Assembly (NCBI GenBank): GCA_040882565.1
Contig: JBBEAZ010000030.1
Coordinates: forward strand, 3,447-67,446
Reading direction: 5' to 3'
DNA from: Dehalococcoidia bacterium
GTDB lineage: Bacteria; Chloroflexota; Dehalococcoidia; SM23-28-2; RBG-16-64-32
Length of the DNA: 64,000 bases
The first letter of the stretch is position 1, and the number at the start of each line of letters is the position of its first letter. The notes under the pieces were generated by a model. The model had not been told where the DNA came from, did no database searches, and saw only the letters and a program-made list of their open reading frames with translations. A program made the translations under genes and the position numbers. Shown here piece by piece: positions 27,636-37,302 of this stretch.

Positions 27636-28735
27636 CAGTAGAACACTCCGCCGCGCGCGCGCCGCAGGAGGAAGAGGAAGAAGGGCACGCCGAAGAACGC
27701 CGTGATGATACCGACCGGGATCTCGGTTGGGCGCTCGGCCGTGCGGGCGATGAGGTCTGCACCGATAAGGAACGCTGCGCCGAAGAGGATGCACATTGGC
27801 AGGAGGTAGCGGTTGTCAGGCCCCCAGACGAGGCGAATGGCGTGCGGGACGATGAGGCCGACGAAGCCGATCGTGCCGCCGACAGAGACGGCGGCGGCGG
27901 CGGCGAGCGAGGAGACGCCGAGGATCAGGAGCTTCGTGCGCTCGACGTCGATGCCGAGGAATCGCGCTTGCTCTTCGTCAAGCGCGAGGACGTTGAGGAT
28001 GCGGCCGTGCGCGAGGATGACTGCGGCGGCAGGGATCGAGTAGGGAAGCACCCAGGCGATCTTCGTCCAGGTTGCGGTGTTGAAGCCGCCGAGGACGACC
28101 GAGAGGACGGCCGTGGCGTTGGTCGTGTCGCGTAGCATGAGGTACGAGGTTAGCGCGGTGGAGAGCGATGCGACGGCGACGCCAGCGAGGATGAGCGAGG
28201 TGGTCGGTACGGTGTTGCCGACGCGGGCGACGCCGTAGACGACGATGACGGACGTGAGCGCGCCGGCGAAGGCGGCGAGTGGCAGCAGGCTCAGACCGCC
28301 GGAGGAATACGAGACGTCGGAGACGATGACGATCGTCGCACCCAGCGCCGCGCCGGTCGCGACTCCAATCAGGTAGGGGTCGGCCAAGGGGTTGCGGAAG
28401 ACGCCCTGGTAGGCCGCGCCGGTCAGCGCCAGCGTGGCGCCCACCGTCCCCGCGAGCACGACACGCGGCAGACGCACGTCCCAGATGATCCGCCGCGACG
28501 CTACAGAGACGTCGCCATCGAGGCCGACCCAGGGCAGATGCGACACGAGGACGCGCAGGGTGTCGTCGAGGGGGATATTGGTAGGGCCAAAGACAAGGCC
28601 GGCGAGGACCGCGGCGGCAAGGACGCAGGCGCCGAGGACGAAGCGCGGCCAGCAATCGCGGCGGAGGGCGGCGGGAAGCGCCTCGCCCTTTGGCAGGACG
28701 AGGTCGACTCGCTCGCCGCTCCGCGCGATTTTCAC
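27635..28735 (-). CDS. Cobalamin ABC transporter permease (BtuC/FecCD)
   Basis: VRLPRV, FRNPLADPYLIG, IGFVGLIVPH, EIPVG. Confidence 0.93.
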   Translation of the reverse strand: MKIARSGERVDLVLPKGEALPAALRRDCWPRFVLGACVLAAAVLAGLVFGPTNIPLDDTLRVLVSHLPWVGLDGDVSVASRRIIWDVRLPRVVLAGTVGATLALTGAAYQGVFRNPLADPYLIGVATGAALGATIVIVSDVSYSSGGLSLLPLAAFAGALTSVIVVYGVARVGNTVPTTSLILAGVAVASLSTALTSYLMLRDTTNATAVLSVVLGGFNTATWTKIAWVLPYSIPAAAVILAHGRILNVLALDEEQARFLGIDVERTKLLILGVSSLAAAAAVSVGGTIGFVGLIVPHAIRLVWGPDNRYLLPMCILFGAAFLIGADLIARTAERPTEIPVGIITAFFGVPFFLFLLRRARGGVFY

Positions 28736-29683
28736 CTAGAACTGCTCCGGATAGAGAAGGGCAGCGAGGAGTTGGATGTCGTCGACAAGGCGCGGTGTCG
28801 GGCCGCTGAGGAGAGAAGCGGGCACGGGGTACACTCGCTCGTTCAAGACGGCGGGCACCTGGTCCCAGCCGGGCCTTGCCGCAACGGTCGCGAGCGACTC
28901 GCCGAAATCGCTGTCGGCGAGGAGCACAACCTCGGGCGCGGCAGCGATGACGGCCTCGGTGCTCATCTGTGGGTACGGCTCGCCGGTAGATTCGGCGACG
29001 TTGGTGGTCTTGAGCAGCGTGTAGATCTCGTCCACGAAGCTGCCGGGCCCCACGGTGAAGAGCATCGGGTCGAGTTCGTGGAACACACTGAGCCCGGCAT
29101 CGACATCGTCGAGTTCGGCTAGCACCGCCGCGATGTCATCCTGCATGCCGGAGACGATCTCCGCCGCCTCGTCGCTTCGGCCGGTGATCTCACCGAGCGT
29201 CTCTATCTGGTCATAGACGCCATCGAGAGTGGCCGGCGTCTCCAGGTACATCGTCGCGATATCGAGGTTGACGAGGGAGTCCTGGAGCCCGCCGGGATCA
29301 AAGAAGATCAGGACGAGGTCTGGCTCGTAGGCGGCGATTGCCTCGACGCTTGGCTCGTAGCCGCTGAGCTTCGGGATAACCGCTGCCTCTGCGGGGTAGT
29401 CGGTGTTCTCATCCGCGGCGACGATGCTGTCGCCTGCGCCGACGGCGAAGAGGACCTCGACGAAGGAGGGAGCGAGCGCGACGATCTGGCCAGGAGCCTC
29501 GTCGAAGGTGAACTCGATGCCGTTGTCGTCGGCGATCGTGAGGGGAAATTCGGTCGGTTGGGTGGCGGCGGCGCTGGTGGCGCCGCCCTCGGTTGGCGTG
29601 GCGTTGCCGCCGTCGTCATCATCGCCGCAGGCGGCCAGGAGGAGGACAGCGATGAGGCCGGCCAAGAGATATACGACACGCAT
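28736..29683 (-). CDS. Cobalamin-binding lipoprotein (BtuF-like)
   Basis: Lipobox LAAC, IVALAPS, DYPAEA, GPTPR; downstream of B12 riboswitch. Confidence 0.9.
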   Translation of the reverse strand: MRVVYLLAGLIAVLLLAACGDDDDGGNATPTEGGATSAAATQPTEFPLTIADDNGIEFTFDEAPGQIVALAPSFVEVLFAVGAGDSIVAADENTDYPAEAAVIPKLSGYEPSVEAIAAYEPDLVLIFFDPGGLQDSLVNLDIATMYLETPATLDGVYDQIETLGEITGRSDEAAEIVSGMQDDIAAVLAELDDVDAGLSVFHELDPMLFTVGPGSFVDEIYTLLKTTNVAESTGEPYPQMSTEAVIAAAPEVVLLADSDFGESLATVAARPGWDQVPAVLNERVYPVPASLLSGPTPRLVDDIQLLAALLYPEQF

Positions 29684-29726
29684 GATAAGGACCTCCCGTC
29701 AACTGGCGGAAGGCAAGGCCGCGACT

Positions 29727-29758
29727 CAAACAAAAACCCCTGCTAGAGGGGCAGGGGT
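29727..29758 (-). terminator. Riboswitch expression-platform terminator
   Basis: Minus strand ACCCCTGC-CCCTCTA-GCAGGGGT followed by TTTTGTTT. Confidence 0.7.
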
Positions 29759-29784
29759 CGTTCGCAATCGTCGCGAGGCCCATG

Positions 29785-29925
29785 CCTTTCCTCGAAGGCT
29801 GGTACTTGGACACAGGCAGGCGACCTGGCTTCCCCGGTCTCTCCGCCTTGGGGCGGGAACCGGGGATACAGTTGCGGGACAGCGCCGGCCTCTCACCGGC
29901 TTCGCTTTTGACTCCTGCGCCCCGC
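29785..29925 (-). ncRNA. Cobalamin riboswitch
   Basis: Minus strand AAAAGCGAAGCCGGTGAGAGGCCGGCGCTGTCCCGCAACTGT...GAAGCCAGGTCGCCTGCC (B12 box), upstream of btu operon. Confidence 0.92.
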
Positions 29926-30059
29926 GAGCGAGTGGCCCGCCGGCGGGACGTCGTGGAGACCTCCGTCCACCGTATTCGGTTTGGCACGAGTATAGGACAG
30001 GCCTGCCGCGACCGTCAACGAGCCGTTAGGATGGTGCCATCAGCAGTCAGGAGTGAGCT

Positions 30060-30851
30060 ATGGACCTGGGACTGGAAGGACGCGCGGCTCTGGTCGGCGG
30101 CGCGAGCAAGGGCATCGGCAAAGCGATCGCGACCGCGCTCGCCCGCGAAGGCTGCAGCGTGATGATCTGCTCACGCAGCGAAGAGAACCTTGGGGCGGCC
30201 GCCCTGGAGATCAGCGAGGCGACCGGCAAGAGCGTTGAGTGGACGACCTGTGACATGGCCTCGCACGACGACATTAAACGAACGGTGGCGGCGGCAGTGA
30301 AGGAACTCGGAAAGCTGGACGTGCTCGTGAATAACGCCGGCGGGCCGCCGACGGGCGCGTTCCAGGACCTCGACGAGCGCTACTGGCAGCACGCGATCGA
30401 CCAGAATCTGCTGTCGGTGGTGCGGACGGTGCGGGAGGCACTACCGCATCTGATCCGTTCCGGCAGCGGGCGGATCATCAACGTGACCTCGGTGGCTGTG
30501 AAGCAGCCGATCGACGGCCTAATCCTTTCGAATACGACGCGATTGGGTGTCGTCGGGTTGGCGAAGACGCTCTCGCGCGAACTCGCGCCGCAAGGGATCA
30601 CCGTGAACAACGTCTGCCCAGGTAACATCGCGACGGAGCGCCTGATGGTTCTGATCGAGGAACGCGCGAAGCGTCAGCAGCAATCGCTGGAGGAGGCGGT
30701 GGCGTTGGAGGAAGGACGCGTGCCGATGGGCTTCCTGGGGGAAGCGTCGGATGTTGCGTCGCTCGTGGCGTTCCTGGCGTCAGCGCCGGCGCGGTTCATC
30801 ACCGGCACAACTATCCAGGTTGACGGCGGCAGCACGACGGCCGTGTTCTAA
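30060..30851 (+). CDS. Short-chain dehydrogenase/reductase (atypical, no YxxxK)
   Basis: GGASKGIG, NNAGGP, LSNTTR, VCPG, VDGG. Confidence 0.92.
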   Translation: MDLGLEGRAALVGGASKGIGKAIATALAREGCSVMICSRSEENLGAAALEISEATGKSVEWTTCDMASHDDIKRTVAAAVKELGKLDVLVNNAGGPPTGAFQDLDERYWQHAIDQNLLSVVRTVREALPHLIRSGSGRIINVTSVAVKQPIDGLILSNTTRLGVVGLAKTLSRELAPQGITVNNVCPGNIATERLMVLIEERAKRQQQSLEEAVALEEGRVPMGFLGEASDVASLVAFLASAPARFITGTTIQVDGGSTTAVF

Positions 30852-30876
30852 GTGCGCACGCAGCCCGTAAATGACA

Positions 30877-30902
30877 GAAGGGGCGCCGCGCGGCGCCCCT
30901 TC
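30877..30902. terminator. Hairpin between convergent genes
   Basis: GAAGGGGCGCCG-CG-CGGCGCCCCTTC perfect inverted repeat. Confidence 0.75.
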
Positions 30903-30918
30903 CTTCGTCTCTGGCTGA

Positions 30919-32889
30919 TCAGCTAGCCCGGCCCTGGTACGAGTCGTCGCTCTGGTCGAACCAGACCTGAGCGGTCCAGTAGTTGTTGCCGAACCACGGC
31001 CAGCCCGTGCGGTTCTTGACGTACGGCCAGGCGATTGACCCGCCACCCGGCGAGGCGTAGTCGATGCGGCAGTTAGCTCCGGGCGCCTCCTTGTTTGTCT
31101 CGCCGAGCGCGTACCGCTGTATCTCGTAGCCAAGCTGCAGCCGCGCCTCGGGGTCAAACTCTTTGCGCTGGTTGTCGAGGAGCGTGTCGAGGGCGGGGTC
31201 GGAGACGCGGAAGGAATTCTTCGGCCCGCCCGTCTTGTAGTAGGGGTAGAACCAGTCGTCAAGGTCGATCCAGCCGTTGTCGAAGCCCCAAGTCATGCCG
31301 GCTAGATCGCAGTCGTCTTTGAGGAGACCTTCGGCGATGCGCTGGTAAGGCACGGTCTGGAACTTAGGAGCTTCCTCGACGCCGAGGTTCTTCTTGAGTG
31401 TCGTCTCGATGTACGTCGGCGCATAGCGGCGGATGTAGTCCGGCACGTCGGCGAACCAGATCTGCGGGATGTCGGGCTTGCCGGCGGCCTCGTAGAGCTG
31501 ACGCGCCTCCTGTAGGTCGGCGTCGCGGCCGGCCTTGTCGGTCCGGTAGCCTGGAAGCGCCATCAGTTCGTCCTCCGGCAGCGCCCAGTAGCTGATCGCC
31601 TTGGTGATCGGCCCGGCGACGTTCCAGGCGCCGCTACCGACGATCTGGACAACCTGACTGCGGTCGGCAGCGAGGTGGAGGGCGCGGCGCACGCGCCAGT
31701 CGTCGAAGGGCTTGCAGAAGACCTTCAGGCGCGAGTTCAGCCAGCCTGATGTGGCGGCGCGCTGGAACTCGACCTCCGGGTGCTGGTCTTTGAAGTTGAC
31801 GATCCAGGAAGGGTTGTCGATGAAGCCGGCGGTGTCGATCTCCTTGCGGCTGAAGAGGGATTCAACGGTAGCGTCGTTGAGGCCCTGGCCCGTTGCCCTG
31901 TAGCCGTCCAGGTAGGGCCGGCCGAGGGACTTGTCTTCCCAGCCGAACCACTCCGGATTCTTGACGGCGTGGAACTCGATGCCGAATTTGAGGTCGGTCC
32001 AGATGAAGGGGCCGGTGCCGATCATGCGGTCCCCGGGACCGGGTTCACGGCCGGCGAGGGCGTCAACCGAGTCCCAGGGCCGCTCGTCCAGACCGGGTTC
32101 CATGTCAACAATCTCCCGCGGGATGATCATGGCGTTGGTATCGGCGAGGAAGTGGAAGAAAGGCGCAACCGGGCCCAGGGTGGTGATCCGGAGAGTGTAG
32201 TCGTCGACCTTCTCCATGCGGTCGATGGTGGAGTACTGACTGGAGCGGTAGTAGTACGGCCACTGCGGGCTGTCGGCGTTGCGCTGACGGTCGAAGCTAA
32301 AAATGATGTCGTCGACAGTCAGCTCACGGCCCGCGAGGTCGGGGAAGTTGCTGCGGATCTTATCGGTGTCGTGGAACTTGATACCCCTGCGGATCTTGAT
32401 CACATATTCGGTGGGCGGGTCGCCGATCATCTCCGGCGCGGACTCAGCGATGTCGGGAATGATGTTTTCCCAGGTCGGCTGGTCGTGGCTGCCGTACATG
32501 TAGAGCTTGCTGAAGATCGCCGACTGGTTGGAATACATCGGCCCGAACTGCGTCTGGTGCGGGTCGTAGCGGTCGAGGACGACCGGGTCGAAGCCGATGT
32601 AAGTGAGGGTGCCGCCGCGCGAGTCGGTCGGCGCGGGTGTGAACGGACGGCGGGCGTCGACGAAGTCGAGGGGTTCGGCATCCGTACCGTCCGGATAGTT
32701 GAGGAACTTCTGCAGGGCCGCGCTTTGACCAGAATCACCGTTGCCGCCGGTTCCGCCGGGTTCGTCGCTGCTGCAGCCGACGACGCCGGCTGCGGCGAGG
32801 CCACCGCCGACCGTAAGAGTGCCGGACATCAGGCGCCGGCGGCTAACTCGCTGTTTCCAGAACTTGTCCCAGTACTTAGAGTCCGACAT
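30919..32889 (-). CDS. Family-5 (peptide/nickel) ABC substrate-binding protein, Tat-exported lipoprotein
   Basis: SRRRLM twin-arginine, VVGC lipobox, GTGPF, PFDDWRVRRAL. Confidence 0.9.
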   Translation of the reverse strand: MSDSKYWDKFWKQRVSRRRLMSGTLTVGGGLAAAGVVGCSSDEPGGTGGNGDSGQSAALQKFLNYPDGTDAEPLDFVDARRPFTPAPTDSRGGTLTYIGFDPVVLDRYDPHQTQFGPMYSNQSAIFSKLYMYGSHDQPTWENIIPDIAESAPEMIGDPPTEYVIKIRRGIKFHDTDKIRSNFPDLAGRELTVDDIIFSFDRQRNADSPQWPYYYRSSQYSTIDRMEKVDDYTLRITTLGPVAPFFHFLADTNAMIIPREIVDMEPGLDERPWDSVDALAGREPGPGDRMIGTGPFIWTDLKFGIEFHAVKNPEWFGWEDKSLGRPYLDGYRATGQGLNDATVESLFSRKEIDTAGFIDNPSWIVNFKDQHPEVEFQRAATSGWLNSRLKVFCKPFDDWRVRRALHLAADRSQVVQIVGSGAWNVAGPITKAISYWALPEDELMALPGYRTDKAGRDADLQEARQLYEAAGKPDIPQIWFADVPDYIRRYAPTYIETTLKKNLGVEEAPKFQTVPYQRIAEGLLKDDCDLAGMTWGFDNGWIDLDDWFYPYYKTGGPKNSFRVSDPALDTLLDNQRKEFDPEARLQLGYEIQRYALGETNKEAPGANCRIDYASPGGGSIAWPYVKNRTGWPWFGNNYWTAQVWFDQSDDSYQGRAS

Positions 32890-32955
32890 TGACCTCCCAG
32901 TCTCCTTTCAGACGATGCCCTTGGTCAGGTTACGTCGAGCCACGGCGTTGGGGAT

Positions 32956-33957
32956 TTACCTTGCCCGAAGCCGGGGGTCGAGGACGTCTCGCAGTGCATC
33001 TCCCGCGAGATTGAAGCCTAGCACAGCCAGCGAGATGGCGGCAGCAGACCAGACGCCCGGCCAGGGAGCATCGCCCAGCGACGAGTATGACTCGCTGAGC
33101 ATGAACCCCCAGGAGGTGCCGGTGGGCAGCTTGTCCGGGACGATGAAGCTGAGGGCCGCTTCCGCGAGAATGACAACGCCGATCCCGGTCGAAAAGACGA
33201 CGATGATCGACGCCATAATGTTGGGCAAGATATAGCCCCACATGATGCGGACGTCGGACGCGCCGATCACGCGTGCGGCTTCGACGTATTGCTGCTCTCG
33301 CGTCGACAGGACGACGCCCCTGGTGATCCTTTGAACGCTCGGGACGCCGACGAACCCGAGCGCGCAGGCAGCCATTAAGAGGCTTGCTTGCTCACCTGAA
33401 CCTAACGGATTGATCGTGACTATGAGGATCAAGGCGATGAGAGGTGGGAACGATTGCAGGGCGTCCATGAAGCGCTGGAAGATGATGTCGAGCCAGGAGC
33501 CGAAGTATCCAGAGATAACGCCGATCCCGGAACCGAGGATAGTGGCGACGATGAGAGCCCAGATGCCGACGAAGAGCGAGCGCCGGGCGCCGTTGACGAT
33601 GCGCGCCCAGATATCACGGCCAGACTTATCGGTGCCGAGCCAGTGCTCGGCGCTCGGGCTTTCGTACTGGGCGACGAAGCCTCCCTCGGTGACGAAGAGA
33701 TCTTCCGCGCCGTAGCGCTGCATGAACGGCTCACCCAGCTCGAAGCCGAAGGGCCGGTCGGGGAGCGCGGGGGCGCCAAACTCCGCCTTTGGCATGCCGA
33801 GCGTCATCGCGAATAGAAAGAAGATGATGACAAAGCCGAAGGCCCCGAGTGGCTTGGCCTTGGAGAACTTCCAAACGGCCCGAAGGACACCGCCTCGCTT
33901 GCCGGTCGGTTCGGCATGTGCGGCTGCTTCTACGGGGATCGCCTGTACGTCGTCCAT
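32956..33957 (-). CDS. ABC permease DppC/OppC-like
   Basis: HWLGTDKSGRD, YVEAARVIGAS, FNLAGDALRDVLDP. Confidence 0.93.
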   Translation of the reverse strand: MDDVQAIPVEAAAHAEPTGKRGGVLRAVWKFSKAKPLGAFGFVIIFFLFAMTLGMPKAEFGAPALPDRPFGFELGEPFMQRYGAEDLFVTEGGFVAQYESPSAEHWLGTDKSGRDIWARIVNGARRSLFVGIWALIVATILGSGIGVISGYFGSWLDIIFQRFMDALQSFPPLIALILIVTINPLGSGEQASLLMAACALGFVGVPSVQRITRGVVLSTREQQYVEAARVIGASDVRIMWGYILPNIMASIIVVFSTGIGVVILAEAALSFIVPDKLPTGTSWGFMLSESYSSLGDAPWPGVWSAAAISLAVLGFNLAGDALRDVLDPRLRAR

Positions 33958-33968
33958 CGTTGCGAACC

Positions 33969-34973
33969 TTAGCTGTACCTGATCCGCGGATCAAGCCAGC
34001 CGTAGGCGATGTCGATGATGAGGTTCACAAAGACGAGCACCATTGCGACGACGATGACGACGCCCTGGACAGCCGGGAAGTTGGGAGTCTGGACGATGTT
34101 GAAGACCACGTACTGGCCGATGCCGGGGATGCGGTAGATGAACTCCAGGATGACATTCCCGCTGACAATGCTGCCGAGGAGGATGCCTACGATTGTGAGC
34201 ACCGGGATGAGGGCGTTCTTGAGCGCGTGCCGGATAACGACCACCCGCTCCTTGAGACCCTTGGCCCAGGCCGTGCGCACATAGTCCTGCCTCAGCACCT
34301 CGAGCATCTGGGACCGCAGGAAGCGCATGATGATCGCCCCCGTGCCGAGACCACCCAGGAGAGCCGGAGCGAACATGATTTTCAGGTTGTCGAATGGATT
34401 GTCCGAGAGACTCGAGTAACTCCCCTGTGGACCAAACCAGTCCGCGAAGAACGTGCCTTCCCCATATCTAGACGAGAGCAAGATGACCATGACCGCAAGG
34501 ACAAACACGGGGACGCCAAGGAAGAGAATCGAGATGAATCGCAGGAGGTAATCGACGGGGCTGTCCTGCTTGACCGCCGAGATCACGCCAATGGGCAGGG
34601 CGATGACCAGGGCGACGAATATCTGCAGCAGGCCAAGCTCGATGGACGGCCCCGCACGTTCCTTGATCTCGTCGATGATCGGGTCCTTATTGCCAACCGA
34701 AGAGTAACCAAGGTCAAGCTGCGCGAGGTCAAAGAGGAAGTCCTTGTATTGCGTAGGAATCGAGCCGTTGAGGCCGAGTTCGGTCCGGGCGATGGCCTTA
34801 CAGTCTTCGATCTGTTGCTCGGAGTCGGCGCCGCCGCCGCCCGAGAAGCAGATGCCCGCCCGGCGACTGACGACTGTGTCGGAGTCTACGCGGAGGGCGG
34901 CGAACACCATCGTCGCCACGAGGAAAAGAACGAGGAAATTCAGGAGGATGCGGCGGATGATGTATTGCTGCAC
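33969..34973 (-). CDS. ABC permease DppB/OppB-like
   Basis: YIIRRIL, QDYVRTAWAKG, HALKNA, DIAYGWLDPRI. Confidence 0.93.
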   Translation of the reverse strand: MQQYIIRRILLNFLVLFLVATMVFAALRVDSDTVVSRRAGICFSGGGGADSEQQIEDCKAIARTELGLNGSIPTQYKDFLFDLAQLDLGYSSVGNKDPIIDEIKERAGPSIELGLLQIFVALVIALPIGVISAVKQDSPVDYLLRFISILFLGVPVFVLAVMVILLSSRYGEGTFFADWFGPQGSYSSLSDNPFDNLKIMFAPALLGGLGTGAIIMRFLRSQMLEVLRQDYVRTAWAKGLKERVVVIRHALKNALIPVLTIVGILLGSIVSGNVILEFIYRIPGIGQYVVFNIVQTPNFPAVQGVVIVVAMVLVFVNLIIDIAYGWLDPRIRYS

Positions 34974-35193
34974 GCGATACCTCTAAGGCAGCAGGCACCT
35001 GAGGCCTGGAGAGCTGGCGTCAAATAACATATCGAATAATTCCCTAATACGGGGCAAATCGAAGTGGCTAGAAATTAGCACCGGCCCTATACAATGTCAA
35101 GACAGCGCCGGAGGAGCCTCCGATATGCGGGGCGCGGTCACGGTTGGCGGTGGAGCCGCGGTAAGGAAATTGTGGACAGCAGACGGATACTGC

Positions 35194-35223
35194 TTGACAG
35201 TTTTCAGCGGTTCATCATAGGAT
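35194..35223 (+). promoter_or_regulatory. Sigma70-like promoter for the riboswitch leader
   Basis: TTGACA-N18-TAGGAT. Confidence 0.6.
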
Positions 35224-35249
35224 AGTTACAGAAGTCACAAACGTTGTGA

Positions 35250-35378
35250 CGCGCCGAATCCGCCGTAGGCGGACCGGGGGAAAATCATCGGGGTGAATCT
35301 CGATCCGGCCCTCGCGGACGAGTAGGGTCACCCTTTCGACCCGAACCCGTCAACTAACCTCGGAGGCGAAAGAAGGGG
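35250..35378 (+). ncRNA. c-di-AMP riboswitch (ydaO/yuaA class)
   Basis: CGCCGAATCC...GGACCGGGGGAA...GGGGTGAAT...GTAGGGTCACC...CCCGAACCCGTCAACTAACCTCGGAGGCG fits the ydaO consensus. Confidence 0.88.
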
Positions 35379-35413
35379 CCAATCCACCGCGTGGTGGCAT
35401 CGGCTCTTTTTTG
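35375..35413 (+). terminator. Intrinsic terminator of the c-di-AMP riboswitch
   Basis: GGGGCCAATCCACC-GCG-TGGTGGCATCGGCTC followed by T7. Confidence 0.7.
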
Positions 35414-35436
35414 TTGCACGGGAGGACTGAACAAAG

Positions 35437-35649
35437 ATGGTACAGACAGCCACACGACCCCGAGCCTGCCCACGCTGCCAGGGATCCATGCTCTTCGAAG
35501 AGGACTGGTACGGCGCCTACAGTACGTGCCTGGCCTGTGGCTACGTGCACGAAGTCGGCGCGATGGCCGCCGGCGAACTCGAGGCCGAATTGAACGGCGA
35601 AACCCGCCAGCGCCGGCGTCAGCCATCGCACGGCAAGCTCCGGTTATAG
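35437..35649 (+). CDS. 70-aa zinc-ribbon protein
   Basis: CPRC...CLACG, RBS GGGAGG, basic tail RRRQPSHGKLRL. Confidence 0.8.
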   Translation: MVQTATRPRACPRCQGSMLFEEDWYGAYSTCLACGYVHEVGAMAAGELEAELNGETRQRRRQPSHGKLRL

Positions 35650-35672
35650 CTCCCAGACAAACACGAACAGAC

Positions 35673-35704
35673 AGGGGCGCTGGCCAACGGCCGGCGCCCT
35701 TTTA
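35673..35704 (+). terminator. Intrinsic terminator
   Basis: GGGCGCTGGCC-AAC-GGCCGGCGCCC-TTTT. Confidence 0.75.
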
Positions 35705-35732
35705 GTTTCGCCGCGCGGCGGAGGAGGTACGG

Positions 35733-36056
35733 ATGGCATACGTTAGAGTTTCGACGATGAAGCCCCAGAGCGGGAGTGAAGAGGACGTGCGTAAGCTGAA
35801 CGAGGAGCTGGTCGCGTTCTATCGCAGCCGGCCGGGCTGCATCGCCAGCCATTTCATCGCGGCGGCGGATGAGTCAGGCGAGCAAGGGCGTGTGACGTTC
35901 TGGGAGTCGGAGAGCCTGGCGAACTCAGCGGCGACCAACGACCACTCGATGTTCCTGCGCTCGCGCCTGCACCTGTTGGTGGAACACGGCCACCTCGACC
36001 GGTCGTTCCACGCCGACCTCGGCGTCGGCGCCTCGGTTCTCGCCGGCACCGCATAA
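35733..36056 (+). CDS. ABM (dimeric alpha-beta barrel) domain protein
   Basis: YVRVSTMKP..., VTFWES; RBS GGAGGAGG. Confidence 0.75.
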   Translation: MAYVRVSTMKPQSGSEEDVRKLNEELVAFYRSRPGCIASHFIAAADESGEQGRVTFWESESLANSAATNDHSMFLRSRLHLLVEHGHLDRSFHADLGVGASVLAGTA

Positions 36057-36222
36057 CCCAGCCGATCGCGGTCGAACGGGCGGCTGATATACGCAATGTT
36101 AACGTCTGTTAAGTAACTGTAAACTTGATTCAAGGCGCGTCCGGCGCATAACCTGAGCACTGAGGACACAATGCCGGACGTAATGAATCGGCCTCACGCG
36201 ATCAAGGGGAGGGGTTGAGGGT

Positions 36223-36462
36223 ATGGTTTCCGCGACGAAGGAGTCCGAAAGTTCCTACTCGCCGCTGCAGTCACACTTTCTTCACCGGTTGAACCGCCTG
36301 CTGCGCCTGCGCGCGGAACAAAGCAGTCAGCTGAATGAAGACGGGCTACGCCTCATCGACCGCACTATCTATTCCACGTACTGCGATGCGGTGGAGCTGG
36401 GGGTGGCGGACGAGGCGCAGAAGTTGCTGCACCGCTCAGCGGTGACTGCCGCCGCTAAATAA
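36223..36462 (+). CDS. Small helical hypothetical protein (79 aa)
   Basis: RBS GAGGG, coding-like bias, own promoter region. Confidence 0.7.
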   Translation: MVSATKESESSYSPLQSHFLHRLNRLLRLRAEQSSQLNEDGLRLIDRTIYSTYCDAVELGVADEAQKLLHRSAVTAAAK

Positions 36463-36517
36463 TCTGACCTCGCGCTGCCCTACGGGCGGCGCTGGCGCGC
36501 GGCATGGACGGTGCGCG

Positions 36518-37300
36518 CTAGTCTGAGGGCTCGCGTCTCACCGGGTTCGAGAGCACGCCGATTCCCTCGATCTCCACCTCGACCACATCGCCGTCCTCCA
36601 GCTTGGGCGGCTCGCCGGGTGTCCCTGTGAAGAGCATGTCGCCAGGCGCGAGCGTCATCACCTGGGAGGCGAACGAGATCATCGTCGCGACGCTGTGAAT
36701 TAGCTGGTTGGTGCTGGACGCCTGGCGCTCCTCGCCGTTCACTCGCGTCTTCAACATGAGATCGGACGGGTCGAGGCCGGTCGCGATGACCGGTCCAATC
36801 GCCGTGAATGTGTCGGAGCCCTTGGCGCGCCACCACTGCAGATCGTCGCGCTGCCAGTGGCGCGCGCTGACATCGTTTCCGCAGGTGTAGCCGGAGACGT
36901 AGTCCAGCGCCTGTTCCGGTGGGACCTTCCGACAGGTCCGGCCGATGACGGCCACAAGTTCGCCCTCGGCGTCGACGCGGCGGGCGCGGGCGGGCAGGAT
37001 GATCAGGTCACCCGGGCCAACGACGGAGGACGACGGCTTGAAGAAGAGCTGAGGTATCGCCGGGGCATCGTCGTCTTTGAGGACGGCGCGGCCGCTGGAC
37101 AGGTGCGACTGGTAGTTCACCGCGGCTGCAAGGATCGTCTGTGGAACGAATGGCGGGAGGAGTTGCACGGCCTCGAGTGAGAGTGGCTCTCCGGCCGGGT
37201 GGTGATCGCCGAAGATGTTGCCCTCGAGCGGCTGGATGCTATCGCCTTCGAGCAGGCCGAAGCGGATCGCCTCGCCGAAGCGGAAGCGGCAGAAGCGCAT
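36518..37300 (-). CDS. Fumarylacetoacetate hydrolase family protein
   Basis: FFKPSS, DAEGELVAVIG, GNDVSAR, KGSDTF, TGTP. Confidence 0.93.
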   Translation of the reverse strand: MRFCRFRFGEAIRFGLLEGDSIQPLEGNIFGDHHPAGEPLSLEAVQLLPPFVPQTILAAAVNYQSHLSSGRAVLKDDDAPAIPQLFFKPSSSVVGPGDLIILPARARRVDAEGELVAVIGRTCRKVPPEQALDYVSGYTCGNDVSARHWQRDDLQWWRAKGSDTFTAIGPVIATGLDPSDLMLKTRVNGEERQASSTNQLIHSVATMISFASQVMTLAPGDMLFTGTPGEPPKLEDGDVVEVEIEGIGVLSNPVRREPSD

Positions 37301-37302
37301 CG

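Noticed and set aside
35234-35250. GTCACAA-ACG-TTGTGAC palindrome as a CRP site
   Set aside because: Half-site orientation is opposite to TGTGA-N6-TCACA; more likely a 5' hairpin of the riboswitch transcript.
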